DNA from: Macrostomum hystrix
Taxonomy: Eukaryota; Animalia; Platyhelminthes
Length of the DNA stretch: 64,000 nt
Direction: 5' to 3'
NCBI GenBank assembly: GCA_950097015.1
Contig: CATNEN010000038.1
Location: forward strand, 17,360,001-17,424,000
The notes beneath the pieces were generated by a model. It did no database searches, had not been told where the DNA came from, and was given only the letters and a program-made list of their open reading frames with translations. This document shows, one piece after another, positions 1 through 13,065 of this stretch (the first letter of the stretch is position 1; every line of letters starts with the position of its first letter). A program made the translations under genes and the position numbers.

Positions 1-2203
1 TCGCAGCCCCAATGTCCTGGCGATCAGGGAGTGAGTGATCGTTTCGATTTGGGATTTGAAGGCCACGAATGGTCATGGGGCTTCTCGATTACTACGATCC
101 TATCAGTGATGTAGGGACTTCTAGATAACTGCGATCCTATCAGTAATGTAGGGACTTCTAGATAACTGTGATCCTACCAGTGATGTAGGGACCACTAGAT
201 AACTGTGATCCTATCAGTGATGTAGGGACCACTAGATAACTGTGATCCTATCAGTGATGTAGGGACCACTAGATAACTGTGATCCTATCAGTGATGTAGG
301 GACCACTAGATAACTGTGATCCTATCAGTGATGTAGGGACCACTAGATAACTGTGATCCTATCAGTGATGTAGGGACCACTAGATAACTGTGATCCTATC
401 AGTGATGTAGGGACCACTAGATAACTGCGATCCTATCAGTGATGTAGGGACCACTAGATAACTGCGATCCTATCAGTGATGTAAGGACCACTAGATAACT
501 GCGATCCTATCAGTGATGTAGGGACCACTAGATAACTGTGATCCTATCAGTGATGTAGGGACTTCTAGATAACTGTGATCCTATCAGTGATGTAGGGACC
601 ACTAGATAACTGTGATCCTATCAGTGATGTAGGGACCACTAGATAACTGCGATCCTATCAGTGATGTAGGGACTTCTAGATAACTGTGATCCTATCAGTG
701 ATGTAGGGACTTCTAGATAACTGCGATCCTATTAGTGATGTAGGGACTTCTAGATAACTGTGATCCTATCAGTGATGTAGGGACCACTAGATAACTGTGA
801 TCCTACCAGTGATGTAGGGACCACTAGATAACTGCGATCCTACCAGTGATGTAGGGACCACTAGATAATGGTGACCGTAAGAAGTGCCTTGAAGTAGAAA
901 TTGACCCAAAGTGACCGCAAGTAACATCTTGACAACTGTGACCCAACACTTTTTCTTATTTTATAATCAGATACCTTCAGGTGGAGTGGAACATCAAGAA
1001 GAAGACACTGAAGGGTCCGAAGGTGTTCGACAAGGAGACAATACGCGGCTACTGTCCAAGCGTGCCCCAGCAACCGAACACTGTGGACTGCGGCCCCTAC
1101 GTGCTGCACTACGCTGAATTGTTCTTTCGCAGGCCGGTTCGCGAGTTCACATTCAGCTATTTTCAGTCCGAAATGTTGAACTGGTTTCGACACGAAGAGA
1201 TCAACTATAAGCGTGCCGATATTCAGGTACCTTAGACCCAACAACCTGACCCTAATGAGCTACTCGGCGGCCTTGTCCTCAGTTTCTGGAAATTTATCTT
1301 CCTGGGATTTAATCTCCTAAATCTTCGCTTTTCTTAAATTCAGTCTTCCTAAATCCATAGTTTTCTAGGATCCGATCTTGCTAAATCCTTCTTTTTGGGA
1401 TTCGATCTTGCTAAATCCTTAGTTTTCTAGGATTCGATCTAGCTAAACCCTTTGTTTTCTAGGATTCGATCTTCCTAAATCCTTAGTTTTCTAGGATTCG
1501 ATCTAGCTAAATCCTTCTTTTTGGGATTCGATCTTGCTAAATCCTTAGTTTTCAAGGGATCGAATCTTCCTAAATCCTTAGTTTTCTAGGATTCGATCTA
1601 GCTAAACCCTTTGTTTTCTAGGATTCGATCTAGCTAAATCCTTAGTTTTCAGGGATCGAATCTTCCTAAATCCTTAGTTTTCTAGGATTCGATCTAGCTA
1701 AATCCTTAGTTTTTAGGGATCGAATCTTCCTAAATCCTTTGTTTTTGGGTTCATCTTTCTGAATCTTCAGTTTTTTATCTTCCCAAAAGCTATTGTTTTA
1801 GATTTTCATCGAATCCTCAGTTTCGATTAATTTTTAGTTTTTAGTTAACTTTTAATTTTTAGTCCTTCGTATTCTACTCGTAAAACATAAAATTTATTGA
1901 TTTATATTGTTGGGTTTTCAGTTTTCCCAATTAGCCTTATAGATCCTCTGATTGGTACTATCTCTCTATACATATTTGATTTCCTTCTATAGTTTTTAAT
2001 TGTCATTCTCATCTCAACTCACAATTTTCTCGCACTGCATTCAACAGGATCTCATAGTCTCCCTTGCCGGCAAGAATGGTGCATTAGGCCCTGACGCGCC
2101 GGCGGCCGTAGCTTTGGCTAGGAAAGCTTCAGATAGTTCAGCTGCGGCTCTAGCTTCGCCTAATACTACTGCCAGTAATAACAGCAGCAACTCGGCTTCT
2201 TGA
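1..2203 (+). CDS. SENP6/7-like SUMO protease (Ulp1/C48 family), 3' portion only; exons <1-30, 971-1226, 2048-2203
   Basis: Spliced translation ...NVLAIR-E-YLQVEWN...VPQQPNTVDCGPYVLHYAELF...WFRHEEINYKRADIQ-DLIVSL. It contains the QQxNxxDCG catalytic-Cys motif and the REYLxVEW motif of SENP6/7. GT-AG introns 31-970 and 1227-2047 keep the frame. Confidence 0.88.
96..868. repeat. 37-bp minisatellite (GATCCTATCAGTGATGTAGGGACCACTAGATAACTGT), ~21 copies, SENP intron
   Basis: Direct tandem copies with only point variants. Confidence 0.97.
1345..1745. repeat. ~32-bp degenerate minisatellite (TTTTCTAGGATTCGATCTAGCTAAATCCTTAG), SENP intron
   Basis: Tandem copies with indels. Confidence 0.9.
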
Positions 2204-2511
2204 TGATTTGCCCAGCAAATATGCTGGACCCATCTACTATAATGAGACTGTCGTCTGTGCTGCTTGCGCGTCAGTCACGCTACCTGCAGTCGGCTAGCCT
2301 TTTGTTCTATTTTTCTTTTACGATATCATTGTACTGTATCGTAATTTTCTGACTGTTTTCAAATATTGTTTATTTTCTGTTCTAAGTTTTATGTGCTTTT
2401 GCCCGACTGCTAGTTAAATTGTATCCTATATGGCAATATTATAACAAATATTGCTTGAACTTTTATCATTGCAATCTATCAACTTTAGCATGTCACTAAC
2501 TAAAAATGTTA

Positions 2512-4445
2512 ATGACCGATCGTAACTCAAAATGTCCTTTTAAAATGGTAGGAAAATGACCAATCCTTACTCTAAATTACCCTTTAAGATGGTAGGATAA
2601 TGACCAATCCTAACTCAAAATGACCCTTTAATATTGTAGGATTATGACCAATCCTAACTCAAAATGACCCTTAAAGATGGTAGGATAATGACCAATCCTA
2701 ACTCAAAATGACCCTTTAAGATAGTAGGATAATGACCAATCCTAACTCAAAATGACCCATTAAGATTGTAGGATAATGACCAATCCTAACTCAAAATGAC
2801 CCTTTAAGATGGTAGGATAATGACCAATCCTAACTCAAAATGACCCATTAAGATTGTAGGATAATGACCAATCCTAACTCAAAATGACCCTTTAAGATGG
2901 TAGGATAATGACCAATCCTAACTCAAAATGACCCTTTAAGATTGTAGGATAATGACCAATCCTAACTCAAAATGACCCTTTAAGATGGTAGGATAATGAC
3001 CAATCCTAACTCAAAATGACCCTTTAAGATTGTAGGATAATGACCAATCCTAACTCAAAATGACCCTTTAAGATTGTAGGATAATGACCAATCCTAACTC
3101 AAAATGACCCTTTAAGATGGTAGGATAATGACCAATCCTAACTCAAAATGACCCTTTAAGATGGTAGGATAATGACCAATCCTAACTCAAAATGACCCTT
3201 TAAGATTGTAGGATAATGACCAATCCTAACTCAAAATGACCCTTTAAGATTGTAGGATAATGACCAATCCTAACTCAAAATGACCCTTTAAGATGGTAGG
3301 ATAATGACCAATCCTAACTCACAATGACCCTTTAAGATTGTAGGATAATGACCAATCCTAACTCAAAATGACCCTTTAAGATTGTAGGATAATGACCAAT
3401 CCTAACTCAAAATGACCCTTTAAGATGGTAGGATAATGACCAATCCTAACTCAAAATGACCCTTTAAGATGGTAGGATAATGACCAATCCTAACTCAAAA
3501 TGACCCTTTAAGATTGTAGGATAATGACCAATCCTAACTCAAAATGACCCTTTAAGATGGTAGGATAATGACCAATCCTAACTCACAATGACCCTTTAAG
3601 ATTGTAGGATAATGACCAATCCTAACTCAAAATGACCCTTTAAGATGGTAGGATAATGACCAATCCTAACTCAAAATGACCCTTTAAGATGGTAGGATAA
3701 TGACCAATCCTAACTCAAAATGACCCTTTAAGATTGTAGGATAATGACCAATCCTAACTCAAAATGACCCTTTAAGATGGTAGGATAATGACCAATCCTA
3801 ACTCAAAATGACCCATTAAGATTGTAGGATAATGACCAATCCTAACTCAAAATGACCCTTTAAGATTGTAGGATAATGACCAATCCTAACTCAAAATGAC
3901 CCTTTAAGATTGTAGGATAATTACCAATCCTAACTCAAAATGACCCTTTAAGATAGTAGGATAATGACCAATCCTAACTCAAAATGACCCTTTAAGATTG
4001 TAGGATAATTACCAATCCTAACTCAAAATGACCCTTTAAGATTGTAGGATAATGACCAATCCTAACTCACAATGACCCTTTAAGATAGTAGGATAATGAC
4101 CAATCCTAACTCAAAATGACCCTTTAAGATTGTAGGATAATGACCAATCCTAACTCAAAATGACCCTTTAAGATGGTAGGATAATGACCAATCCTAACTC
4201 AAAATGACCCTTTAAGATGGTAGGATAATGACCAATCCTAACTCAAAATGACCCTTTAAGATTGTAGGATAATGACCAATCCTAACTCAAAATGACCCTT
4301 TAAGATTGTAGGATAATGACCAATCCTAACTCAAAATGACCCTTTAAGATTGTAGGATAATGACCAATCCTTACTCTAAATGGCCCTCTATGATTGGTCA
4401 TTAAGGATAATGACCAATCCTTACTCTAAATGCCCCTCTATGATA
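2512..4445. repeat. 44-bp minisatellite (TAGGATAATGACCAATCCTAACTCAAAATGACCCTTTAAGATGG), >40 copies
   Basis: Near-identical tandem copies with degenerate edges. Confidence 0.98.
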
Positions 4446-5309
4446 GTAGAGGAATATTTATTAATGCTTATTCTGATTTGTTATCATCTGCTGTTCAAGC
4501 CGAAAGTAAGGTATCTAGTGCTTTCTTGTCTAGCGTTGTTGCTATATTGTAAATTTTTCTGCGATCACATACTGCAAACCGTCATCATCTACTAAATTGT
4601 TTAATTTCATTATGCTTTCTAATTAACTTCTAAGTTATGTTACTTAAATAATAATTTAACAATTTGTTAATTTACTGGTAAATGTATAGCATTTAATAGC
4701 ACATTAAGTAGAATTGTGTAAATTATATTATACCAATACCGATGTATCAGCGTTTCCGTGGTGTAAATAAACTTGAAATTACTGTTAATACAAATTCGTA
4801 CGTCGGAAAATATTGTCTGGAAATTATTTAACTTGTAAAAAGATAAAACTATGCCGTAACATTCTCAACAGTATCTTCTCATTTTGTAGATAAGAAAACA
4901 CTTTGTGTCCTTTAACATTGACTATTAATTTTGTACTGATCCAGATATAAGATTCTATCTAGGCTAGAGATTAGTGTAATTGTTGTAGCGCCCACTCCAG
5001 TCCATGGGCTGAATGAGAGCTGTACAGAGCCTGGTTGTACACCTGACCTAATTGGATAGAGCCAAAAATAAGCTTCCCTTTAAAATTAAGTAATAGACTA
5101 CTGTTATTATGAGTAGTATTCTGCGCAAAACTCATATTTATTTTTTTATCTAGTTAGTTTAGCAATTAGGAGATACAAAATCGAATAGCACTAAACAGAC
5201 AGACTCGTGTCTGTGTGTGCGATTGCGTCAGGCATTAATATATACATTACAAACAAGAATTAGATTCTCTTGTTTCTGCTTCAATGTCTGAAGAACGTGC
5301 CGTGCCGCC

Positions 5310-5762
5310 TTACTTCTTGCCACCCATCAGCTGGGTGAATTCTTGAAAATTTATCAGACCATCTCCGTCTATATCGCCGGCCTTAATCATTTGTTGCACC
5401 TCGTCGTCTGTCAGATTCTCGCCGATGTGTTTCATCATCGACTTGAGCTCCTGGAAGTCAATCTGGCCGTCCTTGTTGGTGTCGAACGCGTTGAATACGT
5501 CTCGAATTTCGGAGGCTTCGTCCTGAGTCCGGTAGCGGCTGATCATGGTGAGGAACTCCGGGAACTCGATGGCGCCGTTGCGATCCCTGTCCACCATTTC
5601 AATCATCTCCTCCAGAGACTCTCGCTTGATATCGGTGATGCCCAGCTTGTTGAATAGGTCTCCTAGCTCCTTGGACGAGATTGAGCCGTCCTGGTCTGTG
5701 TCAATCAGGTCGAATACCTGCTTGAAGTGCATGAGATCCTCCGTGCTAATCTTTCCAGCCAT
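5310..5762 (-). CDS. Calmodulin-like protein, 4 EF-hands, single coding exon (150 aa)
   Basis: EF loops DTDQDGSISSKE, DRDRNGAIEFPE, DTNKDGQIDFQE, DIDGDGLINFQE; CaM-like EFPEFLTM and GENLTDDEVQQMI. Confidence 0.93.
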   Translation of the reverse strand: MAGKISTEDLMHFKQVFDLIDTDQDGSISSKELGDLFNKLGITDIKRESLEEMIEMVDRDRNGAIEFPEFLTMISRYRTQDEASEIRDVFNAFDTNKDGQIDFQELKSMMKHIGENLTDDEVQQMIKAGDIDGDGLINFQEFTQLMGGKK

Positions 5763-6366
5763 TTATTATTAGATTGGCCTTCGAGGTCAAGGCAGAGAAC
5801 AAAAGAAATCTTTGCAAGCAAAACTAGTTGTCCAACTAGTGATCTGCCAGATTGCGGCTTTATACCAACCGATTGTCAGTTTTCAACCCTTAAGCCAGGA
5901 TCGCCTTTCGAAACGGCTCAGTGATAAGATAAAAAGCACCAGAGACATTGGTTGCCAGCCAGTGACAAAATATTTCGATCAAAGAAGACAGACCAAAAGA
6001 AAATCCACTTAAGTTTGGCAGCCTTTGCCCTTCAAAATGCTCCGGCTGCCTGTTATCGGAATTTTTCTGCCGATCCGAAAATAGATTCTTTTCTTAGATA
6101 CAAGATGCGCCTTTTAGTCTTATCTGTTGTCAGACTCAGTGGCATTTTAGAATGGAAAGTAAACTGAACAGTGTCTATTTTTTAATTATAACAAATTAAA
6201 CATAAAAACCCACCTATTGCGCGGCACTTTCAAATTATGTGTACAAAAAAGCTTGTTTACCCAAGCTCAGCTGCTTAAATATTTCAAATCAAAAAAATTT
6301 AAAAGACCAAAAGAACTCTGACGAATATCCTTAAAGCAGCAAAGCCTGATTAGGTAATTATTCCTA

Positions 6367-7348
6367 ACTGAACTGGCACTCTCCCAGCTGATCCTCACTC
6401 ACACTGAACTGGCACTCTCCCAGCTGATCCTCACTCACACTGAACTGGCACTCTCCCAGCTGATCCTCACTCACACTGAACTGGCACTCTCCCAGCTGAT
6501 CCTCACTCACACTGAACTGGCACTCTCCCAGCTGATCCTCACTCACACTGAACTGGCACTCTCCCAGCTGATCCTCACTCACACTGAACTGGCACTCTCC
6601 CAGCTGATCCTCACTCACACTGAACTGGCACTCTCCCAACTGATCCTCACACTGAACTGGCACTCTCTCAGCTGATACTCACTCACACTGAACTGGCACT
6701 CTCCCAGCTGATCCTCACTCACACTGAACTGGCACTCTCTCAGCTGATCCTCACTCACACTGAACTGGCACTCTCTCAGCTGATCCTCACTCACACTGAA
6801 CTGGCACTCTCTCAGCTGATCCTCACACTGAACTGGCACTCTCCCAGCTGATCCTCCCACTGAACTGGCACTCTCCCAGCTGATCCTCACACTTAACTGG
6901 CACTCTCTCAGCTGATACTCACTCACACTGAACTGGCACTCTCCCAACTGATCCTCACACTTAACTGGCACTCTCTCAGCTGATACTCACTCACACTGAA
7001 CTGGCACTCTCCCAACTGATCCTCACACTGAACTGGCACTCTCCCAACTGATCCTCACTCACACTGAACTGGCACTCTCCCAGCTGATCCTCACTCACAC
7101 TGAACTGGCACTCTCTCAGCTGATCCTCACACTGAACTGGCACTCTCCCAGCTGATCCTCACACTGAACTGGCACTCTCCCAGCTGATCCTCACACTTAA
7201 CTGGCACTCTCTCAGCTGATCCTCACACTTAACTGGCACTCTCCCAGCTGATCCTCACACTTAACTGGCACTCTCTCAGCTGATCCTCACACTTAACTGG
7301 CACTCTCTCAGCTGATCCTCACACTGGCACTCTCCCAGCTGATACTCA
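6367..7348. repeat. 36/32-bp minisatellite (AACTGGCACTCTCCCAGCTGATCCTCACTCACACTG)
   Basis: Tandem copies; the unit shortens by 4 bp toward the right end. Confidence 0.97.
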
Positions 7349-8026
7349 TAATGAGTTTGACGAGCATCGAAGTCAATCATATTATTAGTGCATATACGTA
7401 TCTGGCTTGAGACATTTTCACTACTTCTGAAATAATATAGAAAGTTTATTTCAAACATAGTTTCCAAAACAGTATTTTTATGTACTCAATAAATTAAAAA
7501 TGAATGCTCATTTTATTCATTAGCAAATTTAACACCAGTCTGCAAAAAAAATTGAAAGCGAATAACTCAATGAATATAAAGAAAACAGACACACTGCTGA
7601 TGAGACTGGTGCTGGATAAACTAATAAGAGACCATTGTGAATCTTGGAGTGCGGGCATGTTCCGTGTCAAATCTGTATAGAGAGTAGGGTACTCACAACT
7701 AGCTTAAAAGAGGCTTAATAAGTTTCTGAAAAATGTTATAACTAAGAGTACAGTAAAGTAATATAAGTAGGCAAAATTGCAAACGTAAAATACACACACA
7801 GTTAATGAAAGCAAATAAAATTTGCCTCCACAAAATAGAAGCGAATGTTTGTTTTCACAATGAAAACTGCCGCGTACTAATTAAAGTACACACTAACAGA
7901 CTTAGACTAATAATTAAGAGAAAGTGATGAGGCAATGGCAGTCAGTAGTTTTTAATCCGAAAAATAAAGCAAGCTTATTAATAATTACTACCTGGCCGAA
8001 GCTAATAAGGGGAACTATTTATGAGG

Positions 8027-8666
8027 GGAATGATGGGGTAATGACCGATCTGGAGCCAGTGGGAAATGATGGGGTAATGACCGATCTGGAGCCAGTGGGA
8101 AATGATGGGGTAATGACTGATCTAGAGCCAGTGGGAAATGATGGGGTAATGACCGATCTGGAGCCAGTGGGAAATGATGGGGTAATGACTGATCTAGAGC
8201 CAGTGGGAAATGATGGGGTAATAACTGATCTAGAGCCAGTGGAAAATGATGGGGTAATGACCGATCTGGAGCCAGTGGAAAATGATGGGGTAATGAATGA
8301 CCTGGAGCCAGTGGGAAATGATGGGGTAATGAATGAACTGGAGCCAGTGGGAAATGATGGGGTAATGAATGATCTGGAGCCAGTGGGAAATGATGGGGTA
8401 ATGAATGATCTGGAGCCAGTGGGAAATTATGGGGTAATGAATGATCTGGACCCAGTGGGAAATGATGGGGTAATAACTGATCTAGCGCCAGTGGGAAATG
8501 ATGAGGTAATGAATGATCTAGCGCCAGTGGGAAATGATGAGGTAATGAATGATCTGGAGCCAGTGGGAAATGATGGGGTAATGAATGATCTGGAGCCAGT
8601 GGAAAATGATGGGGTAATGAATGATCTGGAGCCAGTGGGAAATGATGGGGTAATGAATGATCTAGA
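8027..8666. repeat. 36-bp minisatellite (GAGCCAGTGGGAAATGATGGGGTAATGACCGATCTG)
   Basis: Tandem copies that generate the repetitive ORF at 7924-8748. Confidence 0.96.
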
Positions 8667-9375
8667 AATGGAAAATGAAGAGGTACTGACCGAAGTTTTA
8701 AAAAAATTACGGACAAATTTCATACATATGCGAATTTTCGAAACGTAGACAGGCTGATGCGTGCATTCTCACTGACAGCGTTAATGAAGCAATGCAGAGA
8801 GAGTTGTGAAAGCTATGCTAGAATGGGAATTATTTAAACACAAAGAAATTGAAACACTTTAGAATTCGGAAACCGAGGTGCAAAATGTTGGTTGCGAAAA
8901 AAAGAAAAAAAAGATGGCTGCGAAACAATATTCAATTTTAAATAAGAAGACATGCAATAACAAAAAACAATTAAAAAGCAGACCAGAAAACTACTGTTCA
9001 CAAATAGGTTAGGTTTCTAGGAAAACATTTATTCCAGTACAATTTTGTTATATAGTTTGTTTCCTAGAAAGCTAGAAACACACGACGCACACACCTGTCT
9101 AGCAGCTTCGTTGAAGTATCTATGGGCTAAATTAGTTAACTACGACACCTCTTAGGGTGCCGTAAAATTTATCCCACCTAGTAACCTGATGGCCATAAAA
9201 TCATGTTTCTAGAAATGCTTAATTCGGCAGATTCCAGCGTTAGGAATCGACTTAAAATCGGCTTCCACTGTTGGCCGACTCTTAAAACAGATTTTTGCGT
9301 CGTAAATCCTATCAAAATCGATGATTCCTCGTTATCCCCACAGAAGGGGCTAAAAATTAACACACAAGTGAATCT

Positions 9376-12300
9376 TCATTCATCGTCATCCTCCATAACG
9401 AAGAGAACCTCGGCTCTGTTTAAGCCGGCCTCTTCAAAGCTGCCATCAACTGGCAGAACCCTTTTTGGAAAGCTGGTGCAAAGCGAGAATCGGTCCGGAG
9501 CTGTTTCCTGCAGGCGAACAAAATAGTGCAGATGCTGAATCGGCTCGCTTAGACGAAATCGACGTTCCAGCCTGTCTGAGGCGCCCGGCAGCCGGACTGA
9601 CAGCTTCACGGTGGCCTCCGTGTCGTCGGCGCTCGGCTCAGGCGGCAGGAGTTCGCGCAGTCTGGCCAACTCGCGCTCTTTTTCCTCGCGCTTGCGTTGA
9701 CTGGCGTCTCGCTCGGCTGTTCGCTCGGCCTCTTCGGCCTGAAGGCGCTGTTCACGTTCGCGATCGCGAGCCAGAGCCTCGGCATAGGCCTGGGGTGCGA
9801 AGCGTGTGCTAAGTGGACTGCCAGCTGGACTAGCTGGGAAATCCCCGCTGGGAAGATGCATATCTGGGTGGGAAATCCCAGCTTGGGAAAATCTCTTTGT
9901 CTACGTGGGAAATCACAGTTTGGGAAAACCTTGGTCCGGGTGGAAAATTCGGGTTTCGGGAAATAGACATCTAGATGGTAAATCCTCGCTGGGAAGATGC
10001 ATATCTGGGTGGGGAATCCTAGTTTGGGGAAATCTACGTCCAGGTGGGAAATCCCAGCTTGGGGAACCCCTTTGTCTACGTGGAAAATCCCAGTTTGGGG
10101 AAATCTTGGTCCGGGTGGGAGAATCCGGGTGATCCTTGATCCGGGTGGGAGTATCCCCTAATCCGGGTGGGGTTAGGGGATATAGACATCTAGATGGGAA
10201 ACCACCACTGGGAAGATGCATATCTGGGTGGGGAATCCTAGTTTAGGGAAATCTACGTCCAGGTGGGAAATCCCAGCTAGGGGAAATCCCTTTTCCTACA
10301 TGGGAAATCCCAGCTTGGGGAAATCTTGGTCCGGGTCGGAAAATTCGGGTTTGGGGAAATATACACCTAGTTGGGAAATCACAGTTTGGGGAGGTCCTTC
10401 GTCTTAATGGGAAATCCCAGTTTGGCGAAATCCCAGTTTGGGGAAATCCCTTCGTCTAAGTGGGAAATTACAGTTTGAGAAAAATCCACGTCTAGGCGGG
10501 AAATACCAGTTGGAGTTATTCAAATTTTGACGGTAATCTCCTGGCAGGGAAAGAGCTAATTTTAATAGGAATTTCCAGTCAATAAATATGGTATGTACTC
10601 GTAAATCGTATTGCTTTCCAAAACACGAAACTCACCTGATCCTGCTCCTCGATGAGGCGCCTATTAATCTCCAGGCTCTGCCTGCGAGCCCTCTCCTCGG
10701 CCAGGTAAGGCTCAAAATCGGTGACAGCGGCGTCTAATTCGGCTAGAAGCTGCTCTAGACCGAGCAGGCCTTCAAATCTGGCTACCACAGTCATGCGGCC
10801 CTGTTTCAGCACAATGAGCGCCATGAATGGATAGCCGGTTTCTCGTAGAGCCTGGATTTCCGAAATTTCGAAATTTGCTACGATTTTGTGAAAATATAAT
10901 TATTGATATACATAGAAAACAAATATAATGGTTAGATAGTAAGCGATATCGAATCCTTAGGAATTAACTAACTATCGGGATTCAAAGTCTTTTAGTGATC
11001 CCAAACATATTTATAACACCTACATTTGATACAATAGGATTCAAGTGGGATTTCAAGTCCTTAATATGGGATTCTAAATCCAATAATAAAATCCCCTAGG
11101 ATCAAGAATCTACAGAAGATATAGTTCTTTAGGATTTTAAGCCCCTTACTCTTGATATAATACTGTGGGATTGCATAAAATTCCATGGGATCTAGAATCT
11201 ATTGAATATACAGATACTCTAAGGTGAGACATAGCGTTTGAGCACACCTGAGACACCCGCGCACCCTCCGGACTGCTAACTGAGCACATCCAGAAATTGA
11301 TGCCGGAGGCCTGGAGAAAGGCGGTGAAGACTTCGCTAATGAGGACCTGGCGGCAGAACTGATCGGTGTCCTGGTGACTCTCCGCGTGCAGATAGGCCAA
11401 TAGGAAGCGCAGCTCGCTCCTAGCAGCGTCGAGGGCCTGCGAATTAATGAGGCGGAGATGTTAGTGAACGTGAGCCAGAGACACTACACTGGATTGGAAA
11501 GGAAAATTAAATAGAGTAGATAATGAGGCGGAGATGGAGAAATATAAGAAAAAAAAGAAACGGAATAGGCTAGAGGAATGGGGGGAGAGAGGGAACTATA
11601 AGAGGGGAGGATGGAGAAATGGAAGAGGGGGGGAGAAATGGGAGAAGAAGAAGGACAAAGGGGGAGGAGGGAGAAATGGGAGAAGAAGAAGGACAAAGGG
11701 GGAGGAGGGAGAAATGGAAGAGGGGGAGAAATGGGAGAAGAAGGACAAAGGGGGAGGAGGGAGAAATGGAAGAGGGGGAGAAATGGGAGAAGAAGAAGGA
11801 CAAAGGGGGAGGAGGGAGAAATGGAAGAGGGGGAGAAATGGGAGAAGAAGAAGGACAAAGGGGGAGGAGGGAGAAATGGAAGAGGGGGGGGGAGAAATGG
11901 GAGAAGAAGAAGGGCAAATGGGGAGGAGGGAGAAATGGAGGGAGGCTTGGCAAGCGTACCCTCTCTTCTTCCTGGCGACAACCAGGATCGGGGCCGAGCG
12001 GGCAGGACAAATGGGAGTAGAAAGGGTAAAAGAAGATTAGGGAAAATTAGGTGAAGTAGAGTACGCGACTTGAGGTGAAAGGGTGCAGGATCCCACCTGG
12101 CTGTAGGAGCACACTCTAACAGGCGGATGCTGAGTGCCGTATCGCTGTTCAAACTGTTCCAAGAACTGTCTAACATCTCCAACTGGATCCGTAACTGGCC
12201 TACGCGGAGCCGCAGCCACAGCGGCCGGTCTCAGTATGGAAAATACAAAACGGAGCAGCGAGCCAACCGAATGGCCAACAAAGCGAAATGGTAGCAGTAG

Positions 12301-12867
12301 TAGGCCCTCTAGCCAGCCGAGCCAGCCCAGCGGCTGTCTGGGCCGCAACTGACTACTGCCCGGGCCGGCGGAAGTAATCAGGCGAGCGCGCGAATCCGAA
12401 GCCAACAGAGGCGGCGGCTGCGGAGCCTGCGGCTGGGAGCGGCGCTGATAAACTATCGAAGGCCCGGCTGAGGATGAGGAATTTGACGAAGAGGAATTGA
12501 GCTGCCGCTGCTGCTGCTGCTGCTGGCCAACACTGCCGCCAAACAGTCTATCGGTAGCCTGCATCAAATCCCATTGAACCTCCTCTAGTTGTCGCCTACA
12601 CTGGGGCAATTCTAAGCCGGAAATCTGTTGATAATGCAGCAGAGTCTCAGTCTGCGACATTGACAGCTGATCCTCGAAATCTTCATTCGGATTGTTGCGA
12701 TTGCAACTGTCGGCATTGTCGTTAGTTGCCACCCGAGCATCGTCGTCCTCTTCGTCGCTAGTGGCTTCGCTGGCGGAGTTTCTAGGCGATGATTTTCCTA
12801 TTTTCTGATGGTCGGCAACTGACACTTCTGCTAATTCTTGCACTGGGTCTGCTTCTTCCTCGGACAT
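9376..12867 (-). CDS. FAF2: FAS-associated factor 2 / UBXD8 (UBA-like, membrane hairpin, UAS, coiled coil, UBX); exons 12867-12097, 11436-11248, 10851-10636, 9789-9376
   Basis: Motifs VTDPVGDVRQF..YG..HP, SYSQ-ALDAARSELRFLLAYLH, SPEGARVSQ-ALRETGYPF, EQDQ-AYAEAL and UBX VRLP..ERRF..TSFPKRVL. All three introns are phase 0, GT-AG. Confidence 0.93.
9833..10512. repeat. Complex degenerate tandem repeat built on GGGAAATCCCAG(T/C)TTGG, FAF2 last intron
   Basis: Recurrent GGGAAATCCC and three copies of CTGGGAAGATGCATATCTGGGTGGG. Confidence 0.85.
11590..11942. repeat. Purine-rich tandem repeat (GGGGGAGGAGGGAGAAATGGAAGAGGGGGGAGAAATGGGAGAAGAAGAAGGACAAA), FAF2 intron 1
   Basis: Almost pure G/A tandem units. 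Confidence 0.92.
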
Positions 12868-13065
12868 TGCGATTTTTGATTGATACGTTAATCAGAATGC
12901 ACCGATTTCTAGTCGCGTTGAAATACTATTCGTCCGCGTTTATAGTGCAAAAGACTACAGGACTGAAAGTAATTATAATTTGAGTTATCCAATTAGGAAA
13001 TCCTTTTTCTAAATAGGATTCTAGCCTAGCCCTAAAATATAAATTTATGAACCTGCATTTGAGGA

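Noticed and set aside
96-868. CRISPR-like array (37-bp repeats; likewise the palindromic 35-bp unit at 38890)
   Set aside because: Units are head-to-tail with no unique spacers, lie in spliceosomal introns, and there are no cas genes.
7924-8748. 274-aa ORF with GNDGVMTDLEPV repeats
   Set aside because: It results from a 36-bp (in-frame) minisatellite; the opposite strand is also open and there is no unique domain.
9010-9075. Pre-miRNA-like hairpin (TTTCTAGGAAA arms) downstream of FAF2
   Set aside because: The stem is short and the loop ~35 nt, which is not a typical precursor geometry.
11484-12182. Gly/Arg/Glu-rich and Pro/Phe-rich ORFs
   Set aside because: These are translations of a purine-rich repeat inside FAF2 intron 1.
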